Assembly: GCF_009914755.1 (NCBI RefSeq)
Contig: NC_060942.1
Direction: 5' to 3' (one strand)
Origin: the human T2T-CHM13v2.0 reference genome, Homo sapiens
Length of the DNA stretch: 64,000 bases
Part shown: positions 14,940-30,305 of the stretch, in pieces
Layout of the letters: each line of letters begins with the position of its first letter
Position numbering within the stretch: position 1 is the first letter of the stretch
Translations under genes and position numbers: made by a program
The notes under the pieces: generated by a model
Told to the model about the DNA's origin: nothing
Databases searched by the model: none
The model's input: only the letters and a program-made list of their open reading frames with translations

Positions 14940-15656
14940 TATGTTTCCTTTCTCCTGGGTAAATACCTGGGGGTGGAGTGGCGGGGTCATAAGGTGAGTC
15001 TATCAGAACTTCTTAAGAAATAGCCAGGCTGGCTTCCAGAGTGGCTATTCCTTGTTGTAGCCCCCACAGCCGGGGGTGAGAACACAGCGAGCATTTGGAG
15101 TTCAGCTGCCCAAAAGCAAAGACCACGAGGGCTACGGTCACGTGTGTGGTGGGGCTGATATGCCACTGGTGTGCTGACCCCGCAGCTCCTGCGGCTGCTC
15201 CCCTGGACCCGCCTCCACTAGAAGCAAACAGCCGAGGCCCCACCCTCGAAGGGGATGATCCCCCTTTCTCAGGTGTCTTTCTTACGGCTTTGGTGGGAGC
15301 TGTTGCTTGTCTGTCACTGTCTACCAGAAAGTAATAAAACAAATGAGCCAGCTGCAAATGAAATGGAGTTGAAATTAGGAGTTCACTTTTAGTAGAATAA
15401 TTTGTTATTTTCCATTAATGTATGCTTACGATTAGGACTTTATATTTCCACCTATAATATATTTGATCTTTAAAGGTGTTCCACAGATGGGAGCTCCTTG
15501 ATTTCCCATCTGAGCCTAGAGGGGGACACAGGAAACCACTGGCAGCTTCTGGGGCAGGGAGTGAGCTGGGGACGAGGAGATTGCCTCTCTGCCCTTGTTG
15601 TGATCATAGAACAGAGACCACATGCGTGTAGGTGCTTGAAATAAAGAGACAAATAC

Positions 15657-15948
<292 letters not shown>

Positions 15949-16107
15949 AGAGACAAATACAACTTCTGTTGTCATCCTTTATTGGGGAAGCAGATGGTAA
16001 AAAATAAAAATGAATAGAGGTAGGCGCACATGACATTAGTTGCTGTGTAAAAGGAATAGGAAAGACAGATGAAAATTAGAGGAGTCAGACAGGATGCTGT
16101 TGAAATT

Positions 16108-16422
16108 AGGGTGACCATGTAATATATTTTTTTAACCAGGATAATTTTTTAAAAACTTTTAATTTTGAGATAATTGTAGATTTGCACACTGTTGCAAGAA
16201 TTAACACAAACAGAATTCCATATGCCCTCACCCACTTTCCCCAGCGGAAATATTTTGCATAACTCATCTGCTACCACAGCCAGATAACGCATTGATGCAC
16301 TCCCAACCCCGCTCAGAGCTTACCAGTTTCACATCAAACCGTGATGATTTTGAGAGTGTAAGAGAACAGAATTATAATTTTTCCCAGATGACAGATGTGA
16401 ACTATGACTGCCCATGGTCTCC
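16108..16422 (+). mobile_element. hAT-Blackjack MITE (MER94-like) split by a reverse L1MC fragment (~16145-16335)
   Basis: tagggtgacca...atggtctccc terminal repeats; internal reverse L1MC4/5-like 3' end; duplicated aaccaggataatttt / aaccgtgatgatttt at the insert edges. Confidence 0.6.
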
Positions 16423-16699
16423 CGTGCTTTTTCTAGGAGCCTACAGAACCTGTTCAGGGAGATAGAAAGAAAAAGGGGACACAGACAGTTCCTGCCATGA
16501 GGACTTTCTGTCTACTGGAGGGATACCTCAGAATTCAGACAATCCTATGCAAAGTGGAATGTGTGAAGTGAATAACAGAGTAATAGGATGCAGACAGCAT
16601 TAACCTCCACTTGAGAGGCTGGGGAAAGTGTCATGTTGGACAAGACAGCTGAGTTTGTCCTTGACCCCTGGGTGGCTGCCTCTTGCAGTTCCTGGCATA

Positions 16700-16932
16700 G
16701 GTTAGTGGCTAGGAGCCAAACTGTCCAGGCTGAAATCTTGCCTCTCTCCTCACTGCCTGTGTAACTGTGGGCAAGGCGCTTGACCTCTGAGCCTCCATTT
16801 CTCCTCTGTAAGAACGAAGGAGTAACAGCGCCTAGCTCGTGGAGGGTGGGGAGGGCTGCCCGAAACACACACACAGAGCTCAGAATGCATGCGGCCCTGA
16901 GGACGTGCGGATAAATGGCTACTTTGCTATCA
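16700..16932 (+). mobile_element. MIR
   Basis: MIR core tgtgtaactgtgggcaaggcgcttgacctctgagcctccatttctcctctgtaa. Confidence 0.8.
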
Positions 16933-16999
16933 CCCACAGGTAGAAGATGCTTAATATGCATTCGTTGACTGGGCATGAAAGTGGAGAACCTGGCTAGCC

Positions 17000-17790
17000 A
17001 TCGGGTGGGAGTGAATGGAATATTTAACTTGGGGTTGAGTTGGGCCTACAGAGAAGAGAGGTTGGGTGCATCGCGTGGAGCTGGGGAGAAAGGCTGTGGC
17101 TGGAGGGTTATTCTTGAGGACGGGACAGTGTGAACCTCGAGGATTCAGGTGGCCAAGTCAAGTCAGGTGAGAAGAGGATGCAAGACGGGGCGACAGTCTC
17201 TACTCTTCTGGGAGTTAAGAAGGTCCTGCAAGAGCTGATACTGCCCAGGTGGGTTTTTTGGGAAGCGGCTCTGGAACTGAGGCTGGTGCTCAGCAAGGGG
17301 ACGAGCAGTGTGGGCCGGGGACGCTGGGCCACCTGCCATCTCCATGGTGGCCTCCGCCCATCCCTGCAGAGTGCTGTGGTGTGGATGGCCTTTGGAATTG
17401 TCCTGGCCATGGTGAGGGGGCCCGACCCTCACACTGCCAAGATGACAGATGGCTGGATGGGGGCTGTGCCTGGAAGGAGGGGTGATGGGGGTGTGAGGCC
17501 CTGTCTCCTGAGGGCAAGCCTGGTGTGCACTGAACGTCTTTCACATGGGAATGTGGCTGACTGCTGCGGGGTCTCCAGGAGGGGTGAAGGCAGAAGGGCT
17601 TGGCAGTGAGGAGCATGAGGACCTAGGAGCAATTGGCCATGGGGTTTAGGGATCTAAGCCTTTGGTGATGCCAGGGAGGCTGGGAGCATGGGAGGACATT
17701 TCCTTGTCAGTACACGAGGTGAGGAGGTGGAGGCAGAACCATGAAGGACTTGCGGCAAGGAGCCATGTGGCCCAAGGAGGCCTGGCTGGT
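17000..17790 (-). mobile_element. Highly diverged L2 remnants
   Basis: Purine-rich text loosely matching reverse L2 (gaggacc...ggccatgg...tggtgat...gaggtgaggaggtggaggcag). Confidence 0.4.
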
Positions 17791-18319
17791 GGAGTAAGGA
17801 TTGATGAGAGGGCCTGCTAGGAGTGGGACACGAGGCTGCGCTGCCCTCACTGGGGGGTAAGACTTCTGCCCTGAGGCTTCTCTGTGCAGCCGGAAGGTGC
17901 ACCCAGGCCTGCGCTTCCTGGAGCTGCCACCTCTCCCTGCAGGTTAGGCACCCGGACTCTGTGCCATGCTGGTGAGATCCTTGGCATTGGGAATGTAGTT
18001 TGTGCTGGAGCTGGATTCTGAGCAGCAGGAACTGGGCCTAGTCGGCTTCCCTGTTGCTTTCCAGAGTCTTCAAGGGCAGGGTGTCAGGCATCCAGGGAAA
18101 GAGAAGACACTTCTACCGACTGGTGAGCCCACACTGCCACAGTGGAGAGCCAAGAGGGCCTTCGAGACTCAAACGGAGAGGCAAACGTGGATCCCTTACC
18201 TGCTCACTGGAGAATCCAAAGGCTTCGCTACAGCAGAGAAGCCCTGTGCGTGGCTGGGCTGAGCTTTGGCGCCACGGTCCCATGTTGAAGCCTGGAGTGG
18301 CCACAGGGCACTTCTGATC

Positions 18320-18465
18320 TCCTCATAGGCCTCAGTTTCCTCATCAGTGAAACCAGGGTGGAGAAGAATGGTGTTACCTGCAGAGATGTTGGGCTCAGAG
18401 ATGAGCAAGATCATGGAAGCAGAGCATTAGCCCCTAGGATGTTTGGTGCGTGTTTGCTGCTGTTA
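18320..18465 (+). mobile_element. MIR
   Basis: MIR core gcctcagtttcctcatcagtgaaa. Confidence 0.7.
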
Positions 18466-19410
18466 CAATGGCTGCGGGTAGGTGAACCCATTTGTGTAAA
18501 GTTCAGCTGGAATTGACAAACTCTGTTTTTGTCATGATCAGCAATCCTGCTCCAAAACACATGGCTCCCACCTGGGTACCTCCCCTCCCTTCCTCTGGCA
18601 CTGAGGGCTGCCAAGGTCAGGGGTTTCAGAAGGTGGCAGTGAGAATCAGCAGAGCCTCCACTGCCGTCAGCCAGCACTGCCCTGCATCCAAACGACACAA
18701 GCAGTGGTAAGGCCTCCTGGGTGGGTCAGCTGGCAAGGAGCCCTGCCCTTGCTGTGGGCTCTGGGGGCGGCCACAGCCACTCTACAGCAGCCACATGCAG
18801 GCATCCTCTGGCTGTGGAGCAGCCGCTGGCCCATGGCCGAATGTGCACTCGGCTGTGTCTCAGGGGACAGCCTGGCCAGGCGGAGTCCAGGTCAGTGGAG
18901 GAGACAGGCTTCTGTCACCCAGCCCAGGCCCAGGGAGAGTAAGGCATGGACAGGTGGCTAGCAGCCCCTACAGCAAGCAGCCAGGATGGTCCCCCTGTGC
19001 ACAGGAGTAGCCTCTCTGAGGTCAGTTCTAAGCCACACATTCCCAAAAACAAGGCTGAAGGAGCCCCTCTGGGAGGTGGAGGCTCTCCCCTTATACCTAG
19101 GGGTCCTGGGCCCACCCTATCCCATCTGTGCCTGGCATCTTCCCCTCCTTGGAAGCTGCTATTCCCTGATTTGTCTCCCTTTGCCCTGGTGGCTCCTTTA
19201 GAGCTGGGTCACCTTTATTTTTGTATCCACAAGGCCTGGCACAGGTAGGGGTTAATAAGTCCACCTGGCTGTCCACCAGTGCCTTGGGCAGTGCTGGCCC
19301 AGGATGATCGCACCTCGCTGAGACCCTCCCGACAGCTCTGGGGCCCGACAGCTCAGCAAGTGTGCTTCAGGCTCTGCCCAGGGCCACGGTCGGGCTCAGG
19401 ATGCAAAGAC

Positions 19411-19440
19411 TCAGGAAGCCTCAGGAAGCCTCAGGAAGCC
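19411..19440 (+). repeat. Perfect 10-bp x3 tandem repeat (tcaggaagcc)
   Basis: Directly visible. Confidence 0.97.
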
Positions 19441-20829
19441 CCAGACTCGCAGCAAGGTGCGAGGTGAAAACACCTTAGGTTTCCACAGGGCCTTCATCCC
19501 AAAGATTGCCCTCGCATAAACTCTCCCACATTCAGCACCCAGGGGATGCTGCCAGATCAGTCATTCTCACCTCCACTGCAGGCCAAGGGCCCAGAGCTGC
19601 TGGACCATGGGTCAGAGGCAAGCAGCTCCTGGAAGCCACACCCCTCTCTCCTCCCCAGCACACCCCCAGCTACGACACAGTGCCCCGCATGCCCCGAAAA
19701 CCTGATGGAGCTTTTCAAATGCCTGAAAGGCTCACCTTGCTCCCAGGGGAAAACTGTGAGCCAGGTACACTCTGGCAGGGAGAAAATAAATCCTTCTGAA
19801 CTTTGGTGCCCTTATTTGTTGATCACAACTCTCATGTATGCCTGTGGGTTTAAATGATGCCACTGTAAAAACCCATTGCATATTTACTGATTGGCGTGGG
19901 AGGCACCGCGCAGGGAGGCCTGGCTCCTGGAGGCTGACTGTGGAATTACTGTGGAAGGAACTGGAGTTAATAGTTCTTACCTGTGACTTTTAAACAAAGG
20001 CCATCAGAGAAAGGGGAGAAAGGGAAGAAAGAGATTTCATGGAATAAAGAAGCAATACTATTTTCCAAGTCATGCTGTTAGCTAAGAAAATTCTGTTTTC
20101 TATAACGTAACTCTTCATAGCATGCAGGTATAAGGATGACATGCCAAATATAAATACCATGATGAAAATGAGATATTCCTCCATATGCTTGTATTACATT
20201 TTGTGAATTGTATAGTATGTGTTTTCTTCTTTGTATTTATAGTTCTGCAATAATTATTACCTCACTAAAGGATGTGAATGACATAAAAGTTGTAACCTGA
20301 TTCCTAATTTTTTTCAGCTTACTTCTTGTATTTAGGAGAAATGTTTCTGTGTTTTGCCAGTGAGGCGTCCTCTAGAAATGAACTGCCCTTCTCGCTCCCC
20401 AGAGGAGACTGTGTCCTGCCCAGCCAGATCACCGGGCCACTGTGGTCCCTTTGTGCAAGGGCCCTGGGGCCAGAGCCCCGCAGGAGTCTGAGAAGCTGTG
20501 CATGCCATAGACCAGGCTTGGAGGGAAAAGAGCTAGGAAAATGTTTTAGGCTCATTTTAGTTTCAAAATTAAGTTTTGAGATTCTTTTAACTATCAGACA
20601 TTTCACTTAAATTTCATGTTAACAATGTTTTAGGACTCGATTCTAAAGCTACACAGGTACAAATACCAAGTAACTCAGGCACATGAAGCACTTATCGTGG
20701 CTTCATTTGTAAACGCAAAAGCTCTTTATGAGCAGGGGTCTGGCTGGGTGAACCACAGTCTGCCCACAGTGAGGCCGAGACCCCGAGGTGGGCCAGGGAC
20801 TGCTATGCAAGGATGAAAAGGGAGAGCTC

Positions 20830-21690
20830 AGAACGTGGTTAAGTGGGAAATCAAGATGCAGAAGTGTGTGTATTCGATGCTCACTTTTGCTAAGAAAGGA
20901 AGAGAAACATGAGTATGTTCTAGCAACTTGCTTGTATTCATAAAAAGAAACACTGGAGGATAAACCAAAATCTGCCCGGGAGGGAAGGGACAGAGTGAAG
21001 AGGACAAGGATGTGAGATGGAGGCTTCTTTCAATAGAGCGTGCAATAGGATTATGACTTTGGGGTCAGGTAAGTACCATATATATTTTTAAAATACAAAA
21101 AGCAAGAACAACTCCTAAAAATTAAAAAGAAACTGAAATGAATGAACCTGTGTGGTTGTTGACATATGCACCCAGAGAAAATGGTTATTTTAAGAGACTT
21201 TAGAACACAGTATTTACACTACCCATCCTTAATGGAAATCTTCTAGACAGCAGCAGACCTGTAAAGAGATGGAACTTTAACCTCATTCAGTAGTCTTGTC
21301 ATTCGTAGGAACATGGGATTGCTAACTGCTAAACCATTGCATATATAATAGATAAACCATTTTAGATATAAAACATATAATATAAATGCATGGGTACGTG
21401 TGTATTTTATATGTGTATTAAATGTATTCACAATTTTTACATATATATCTTGATAAAGCAAATAAATTAGGTTACAGTTCTTATCAAATAAGATTTTTAG
21501 AAGATAAAATATTATGATGCAAAGGTGAAATCCAAGTATTAGGTAAAGTCGTTTTGAAGTTAAATTTAAATCAGAAGTATTAGCTTCACTCATGATTTTG
21601 AAAAATTCATGTTTCCAGCTCTGTCTACTAAAAATGTCTGCAAGGAAATGTAACTCATTGACAATGGCCTCCCTAGAAAAAAATAGATAT
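20830..21690 (+). mobile_element. L1MC4/5-like 3' region
   Basis: Motifs aaacactggaggataaacc, gactttagaacacagtattt, ttccagctctgtctactaaaa. Confidence 0.6.
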
Positions 21691-22157
21691 ATGTACAAGT
21701 GTAGATATAACTGCTGTGTATCTATGATTTGGGGAATTATTTCAATGTTAATCTTGTTATATTAAACAATGTAATTAACAAAATAAAAACCAGAAGCTTA
21801 TATTCAAGTTATGATGTCATGTCTATAATATAAAAATTGAACTGAATATCTGTAATTATTGTAGATTAGTCAATATGAATAATTCAATCCTCAACATACA
21901 TTGTGTTTTATTTTTCATAATGATTAATTTAATTAATTATCAAATTTCAACGTTGTTTTTGTTGCATGGGTGGAGACTTTTACCACAATACTCTGTATTG
22001 CATCTATAGAAGAGTGCAAGTTAATTATTTAAATAATCTCTTCACTGGGCATGATTTAATATATGTATGTAAGCATGTACACATGTTATTTTCCTAGAAA
22101 GAATGATTAGAAATCTTGCTGACTCTAGAAATTTCATAGTCTGCTCAGAGAAAGTAA

Positions 22158-22501
<344 letters not shown>

Positions 22502-23401
22502 CAACAATGTCTAATTATTAGATAAAACCAGAAAGTAGACATTATAGTAATGAAAATGACAAAGAAATATCAAGATGTTAGAGTTGATAAACAGCTAGAA
22601 AGCCGTTACCTCACAATTTAAAAGTAAATTCCAGATGGATTGAAAATTTTAGTGTAAAAAATAAAACTATAATATTAGAAGAAATTTTAGGGGAGTATTT
22701 CTGTCACTTTGGGTGGGAGAGAGGCGCCTAAGCAGGAAAGGAAATCAAGAAGCTATCAAGGAAAAGACAGGCATTTTTTTATTTGGTAAAATATGCACAA
22801 CACAAAATTTGCGATTTCTAAGCATGTTTAAGTGTACAGTTCAGTGGCGGTAAGTACCATCACACAGCTGTGCAACCATCACCACTGGCCACCCCTGTAA
22901 CATTTCCGTATTCTCAGCACACAATGTTTGCATACTGCACAGCAAAAGATGTCATAAGGAAAGGCAGGAGATACTATGTTGAGTAAAAACTTTAGCAACA
23001 TTTGATATTTCTGGCACACGAAGCTCTCCTATTATTTGGTAAAAGACATTCCAAAAGAAAAATGGATAAAATAGCATGAATAGGCATTTCATGTACACAG
23101 AAATCTAGATGGCTAATAGATATCTGAAAATTGGTTGATGAAATGCAAATTAAAGCAATAAGAAAATACCATTTTAACCCATCAAACTGAAAAAAATTAA
23201 AATGAGTCTTCATCCTTATATTACTGGTAAGTATGAATAAATTGCTGAAAATTGATGTTGGGAATAAAATTAAAGCAATAATGTGATATCATTTTTCTTA
23301 TAAAACCAACAAAAATTAAAATGAGTGAAACATCCTTGCATTATTTGTAGGAATGTGAGCTGCTAAAACTTTTGGAGAATGTAATCTAAAAATATCTGTT
23401 A

Positions 23402-23590
<189 letters not shown>

Positions 23591-23661
23591 AAAATTAAAA
23601 TCATTTGACCCAGCAATCAACCTTTAAGAGTCTATCCTATAAAAATGAGAGAATCAGTGGC

Positions 23662-23685
23662 GTGTGTGTGTGTGTGCGTGTGTGC

Positions 23686-23717
<32 letters not shown>
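23662..23717 (+). repeat. (GT)n microsatellite, interrupted
   Basis: Directly visible. Confidence 0.97.
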
Positions 23718-23720
<3 letters not shown>

Positions 23721-24284
23721 AAAGTTTATTGCAGCATTGTTGCAGTGGCAAAAAAAACCCAAATGACCTAATGTCCACCAATAGGGCTGTACAAGTTAGG
23801 ATATACTACTTTATCCAAAGGAAATAAGCCAAATAGCTCAAAAAAATAAATGGCCTAAAACAGTTTTCCTTGCAAGACTGCAGGACAGCTGCACAAATTG
23901 CCCTTGGGAGGCCAGGCGGAGGGTCTCTCCTGGGATGCATGTTCACTCTTGCCACAGCTGGAGGAAGCAGGCCCTAAGGCTTGCACTGCAAAGTGATGAG
24001 AATGAAGCCCTGGTTATGCTAGACTTCAAGGCATGCATGCTCGGAAGGGTAACAGGATATTGATGAACTGTGAAAAATCTCTGCTACAAAGGGAATGGTT
24101 GGATAAATTGTAGTTCTATCTAACTATGGAATATTATGTATTCCTAACAAAATGAGTTAGACTCATGCTGGGAAGATTGCTCGTGGTCTAGTAAGTGATT
24201 AGCAAGTGGCAGAGTGAGATGCATACAATTATCCCACTGAAAACAACAGCAACAAACATCTGCATGTACAAGCGTTTCAATTTG

Positions 24285-24335
24285 TATGAACGTGTGTGGA
24301 GGGACACATATATGAACGTGTGTGGAGGGACACAT
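24285..24335 (+). repeat. Perfect 25-bp tandem duplication (tatgaacgtgtgtggagggacacat x2, period 26)
   Basis: Directly visible. Confidence 0.95.
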
Positions 24336-24597
24336 TGGGTACATCAGGGAAGGGGAATTGAATGAGGGCTGGGGATATTGCGTTAACTTTAAAAATGTAT
24401 ATCTTTGGGTAGTCTCACTTGTTAACATGAGCATGCTTGATTTTCCTAATTTCAAAGGAAAGTTATGTAAAAAAGGTAAACATTATTAAATAAAAAAACC
24501 TTTAGTTTTTCTAGTTGAGGATCTCTTTACCCCAAGACGATTCCAAGTAATAAAAAGCAAACATTATTTCACAATGTGTCTGTGTGTATTTCTAAAG

Positions 24598-25125
24598 TCT
24601 GCTGGAATGATATCTGTGTCTCCCGTGCTCATTTGCAATGTGAACTTGCTGCTTTCTCATGGAGAGGTGGAGTCTATCTCTCCACCCCCTAGAATGTGGC
24701 AGGGGGTCACATTCCAGGGTGATGCTGGGCCAGTGCCAGGCGGGGCCCTTCACTGGCCTGAAGCCCGGTGCCAGGAGAAAGGAGTGCAAATATCCTGAGA
24801 AGGCTCTGCAGCGAGAAGCCCAAGGCCTGTGGGGAAGCCGCAGAGGATAAGCTGCCTTGAAGGGAGGCAGGCTGAGGAGCCCAGGGTGCCGAAAAGTGAG
24901 GGAAGAAACCATCTCACAAATAGATCCTGGCACCCTCACCCTCGCTGGTGCCATGTGCATCGAGACCAACTGCCCCGCTCAGACTTCCCAAATTCTTGAC
25001 CCACAAAAATGTGCACATATAAAGTGGTTTTTAAAAAAATAATAAAATCTCATTTTATTAATAAAATTAATAAGTTGATTAACCTAGTTATAGGGCAATT
25101 TTTTATGCAGCAAAGCACATAACAA
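24598..25125 (+). mobile_element. MaLR LTR (MLT1G/H-like)
   Basis: gaggtggagtctatctctccacccc near the 5' end; cccaaattcttgacccacaaaa...atgcagcaa at the 3' end. Confidence 0.7.
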
Positions 25126-25210
25126 CCGCCTGGTTTCTATAAGGAAAAAAGTCTCCTCTACATTTCTTTACATAATTTGTTTTTTATATTACATGTTAAC
25201 ATATTTTGTC

Positions 25211-25631
<421 letters not shown>

Positions 25632-26439
25632 TAAACCAGAGATCTTTCTCCTTTCACTTACAGGATCAAAAAAGCAAATTAAAATAGGAGGTAAAAGAAA
25701 AAGCATTAAGTTTTACGTAAAAGGTATTATAATATTGGTATTTGTTTGGGAAAAACACCTATAACCAGAGACACCAAACTTTTTTTTTTCCAAATAAGCT
25801 ACATTGCCCGTTATTTTAGTAAGTAGTACACTGTAATTGTTATGTGTTTTTTATTATTCTTTTACATGTCTTAAAATTTTCCCAGCAAAGCCTTACTAGT
25901 ATTGCTGAAGAGACACTTTTTCTGCTTACTTGGGGAAGTTTGCTCTCTGAATTAAAAAATAAACAAAAGAGTGAAAGCTCTGTCATCCTTTTCTCTCTTT
26001 CCTCTCCTCTGTATCCTTACCCCTCCCTCATTCTGCTTTCTTCCTGCCCTCTTCTGCTTTTCCCCACAATCCATCAGAGTACTTCTGCATGAACAACAGG
26101 ATCTGACTCCAGGTCTCCCAGGAAGGAAGGGTGCTTGTAGGCACATGTGCTCAATGGCAGGGTAAGAACAAGGGCTGGAACCCAAGCAGGCGCTATGTGT
26201 TCTCTGGAGGGAGGGCACATAGCATACCGACTCCAGCTGGGGCATCCCTTTGGGTGAATTTGACTTCCGGTAATTCCCACTTCTTTAAACCACTCTCTTA
26301 AGCCCTGCAGAACATCTCAGTGGCCCAGCCTACTTACAAGTTGTCCCCTGTTGAATGGGGTAGGAGGAAAAGATCTCTAGCAGGAAGCACAAGGGAAGAT
26401 GGTCCAACATGGAGATGGGGTGGCTGGTAGGAAAGGTTT

Positions 26440-26900
26440 GCATACTGCACACAAATGGCCACTACAAATTTAATTTCATCAAAGTTATGCTTTAAAAATG
26501 CAACAAAAATTCAAGATGAAAATACCCTAAGACACAGAAATCCCATTCTAATGCAGACACTAAGAAAAACTCTCACACCTGTGTACAAAGAGACAGGTAC
26601 AAGGATGTTCATTGCAGTAACGTAAAAGACCAAAAATTGTAACACCTAAATGTCATCAACAGGATAAATGGTAAATGCATTGTGAAATATTCACATGGTA
26701 AAATACTATTGCCAGTTTAAATCAATGAACTTAAGCCACATGTGTCAACTTGAATGAATTTGGATAATGTAATGAGTGAAAAAGTCATACATACACTATG
26801 ATGACGTTTATATAAAGTTTAAAAACCCACAAAACAATACATATGGTTTAGGAATATGTCATATGCAGCGTAAGTATAAAAACATGGGTAGAAAGGAACA
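26440..26900 (+). mobile_element. L1ME-like fragment
   Basis: tacaaggatgttcattgcag, cctaaatgtcatcaacagga. Confidence 0.65.
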
Positions 26901-26905
26901 ACTAA

Positions 26906-27360
26906 TGTTGGAAGACAGCTTTCCCTTGTCAGCATGTCCTGCCAGTCAGTTACCAGTGTCCTTGGTTCTGAACCATCCCTTGAAGGATGTTCGTATAACC
27001 CTGGAAGATGGAGACAGTGATTCCTAATGGGGCAAGGGTCAGACATGGCCACTGCCAAGGATAAAAGGCTCAGGTCCCAGAACTCAGGGCTCCTTTCTTA
27101 TAACCCACTGTGTGTGTAGGTGTCATCTGACTCTCTTTGCATTGCCCTGTGGGAACTGGGGCTCAGGTTATTGGTGCAAAAATGCTGATGCTGCTGTTGC
27201 TATGGAACAAATTTTCCTTTGTTTCTGACCCAGGAGTCTCATGTCTTCTGCCAGCATCTAAGAAACAGTAATGGGCTAATTTATTAGTTTCAAAAATTAA
27301 CTAATAGGCTAAGTTATTACGAATTTATTTGTAAAATTTTAGAATATTCATGGCTCTCAA
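26906..27360 (+). mobile_element. ERV1 solo LTR, MER31-like
   Basis: tgttggaagaca start; gccctgtgggaactggggctc and ctgacccaggagtctcatgtcttctgccagcatc blocks. Confidence 0.75.
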
Positions 27361-27422
27361 AGCTACCTTCAGGGTAAGAATGATCTCTAGGAAGGAAGGG
27401 GAGTAGAATAAGGGAGGGGTCA

Positions 27423-27809
<387 letters not shown>

Positions 27810-28220
27810 TTATCGTCTTATCCTCAGTGGGTTTTTTCTTTCTTTTTTTTTCTTGCTATGTCTAAAACAATTTAAATAAAAACTGAAGGTATATGTTTTA
27901 AAAAGGGAAACATCTTGGATAAAGGAATACGTCATTTTTGTTGGACAGTGACTGTATCCCTGCAGTGAGGTGGGAAATCTGTTTTTCTCTAACTGCAAGC
28001 CATTTATTAACAGAAAAAAACTGAAACCAGAGCCAAAAATACACTTATTTGGGTGTATTTATCCACATCTCTTCAATATTAAAGAAAAAAATCTATTCAT
28101 TTATTTGCTTTTAATCAATAAGATGAACATAAATACCTCACAATAACAGGTAAAGGAACATCTTCAGTTGTTTATGATGTCTAATGAAAGGAGAAAGGCA
28201 TCATGGGAAGTAATTAGTAA

Positions 28221-28582
<362 letters not shown>

Positions 28583-28854
28583 AAGAAGTACATAGACATT
28601 TTTAAAAAGAGATAAGAGGAAAAAGATAAGCAGACATGGGAGACACACGGCTCCTACGTGTACAGAGAATCAGGCTGTTTGTTTACTTCACCTCCGTTGG
28701 TCTTTGGGGCTCCACGCTGCCCGCCTTTCCTACCCTTCCCCCGACCCTTCCTTGGCCTTTTTGCCGGGTCCTCCTCTGAAGCTTGAGTTCTTCAGGGTTT
28801 GAGTGGGGGTGCTCTTTTTTTAAGGATTAATATTAATGCTTTTTATTTTTGTGT

Positions 28855-30305
28855 TTTTTCTTACATTTAAAATAATTTTTAATTGTGGTAAATACATGTA
28901 ACATAAAATTTACCTCTTTAGCTATTTTTAAGTGTGTGGTTGGTGGCATTAAGTATTACACATTCACATCACAGCCCTTCATCCCCAGAACTCTTTCCAT
29001 CCTGCAAAACTGAAACTCTGTATCCGTTAAACACAAATACTCCCTTTTATCCTCACCCAGCCCCTGGCAATCACCATTCCACTTTTTGTCTCTGTGAATT
29101 TGACTACTTTTATAGATAACATCATATAAGTAGGATCATACAATATTTGTCTTTTTGTGATTGGCTTATTAGACTTAGCAGAATATCTTCACATTTCATC
29201 CATATTGCAGCAGAATCACTTCCTTTTTAAGGCTGAATCATATTCTCTGGTATATTCATACAATATTTCATTTATCCATCAATCCACTGATGGACACTTG
29301 GGCTGCTTCCGCCTCTTGGCTATTGTGAATAGTGCTGCTATGAACCTGAGTGTGCAAAAGCTCTTCAAGACTCTGCTTTCAGTTCTGAGTATATACCCAG
29401 ACATGGAATTGCTGGATCACATGGTGATTTTATGTTTAACATTTTGAGGAAAATCATACTGTTTTCTACAGGGCCTATATGATTTTAAATTTCCAACAAT
29501 GCACAAGGGTTCCAAATTCTCCACATCCTCAGTAACACTTGTTATTTTCTTTTTTTAAATAGTAGCCATACTAATAAGCGGGAAGTGGTATCTCGTTGTT
29601 TTGATTTGCATTTTCCTAATGATTAGTGACTTTGAGCATCTTTTCATGTGCTTGTTGGTCATTAGTATAACTTCTTTGGAGAAATGTCTATTCAAGTCCT
29701 TTATCTATTGTTTAATTGGGTTGTTGTAATTGTCGTTTTGTTGTTGTTGTTCAGTTGTAGGAATTCTTTATATGTTCTGAATACCAATCCCTTATCAAAT
29801 AGATAATTTGTACATATTTTCCCTGATTCCATTGGTTGCCTTTCCACTCTGTTGTTTGTGTCCTTTCATGCACAGAAATTTTTATTTTTGATGTAGTCTA
29901 ATTTGTCTATTTTTTTCTTTTGTTGCCTGTGCTTTTGATGTTATAGCTAAGAAACCATTGCCAAATCCAATCTCATGAAGTTTTCTCATTTTCTTCTAAG
30001 AGTTTTATAGCTTTAGCTCTTACATTTAGATCTTTGATCCATTGTGAGTCAATTATTGTATTTGGTGTTAGGTAAGGGTCACACTTCATTGTTTTGTATG
30101 TGAATTTCTGGTTTTACCAACAACATTTGTTGAAAAGAACTGTCCTTTCTGCATGGAATGGTCTTGGCACTCTTGTTGAAATCACTTGACAATATATGTG
30201 ACAGTTTATTTCAGGGATCTCTATTCTATTCCATAGGTCTATTTGTCTGTCTTTATGCCAGTCCCACACTATTTGGATTACTATAGCTTTGTAGTAGGTT
30301 TTGAT
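28855..30305 (-). mobile_element. L1MB 3' ~1.4 kb fragment
   Basis: Continuous reverse L1 ORF2-end/3'UTR text (ttgatttgcattttcctaatgattagtga, ttggagaaatgtctattcaagtc). Confidence 0.88.
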
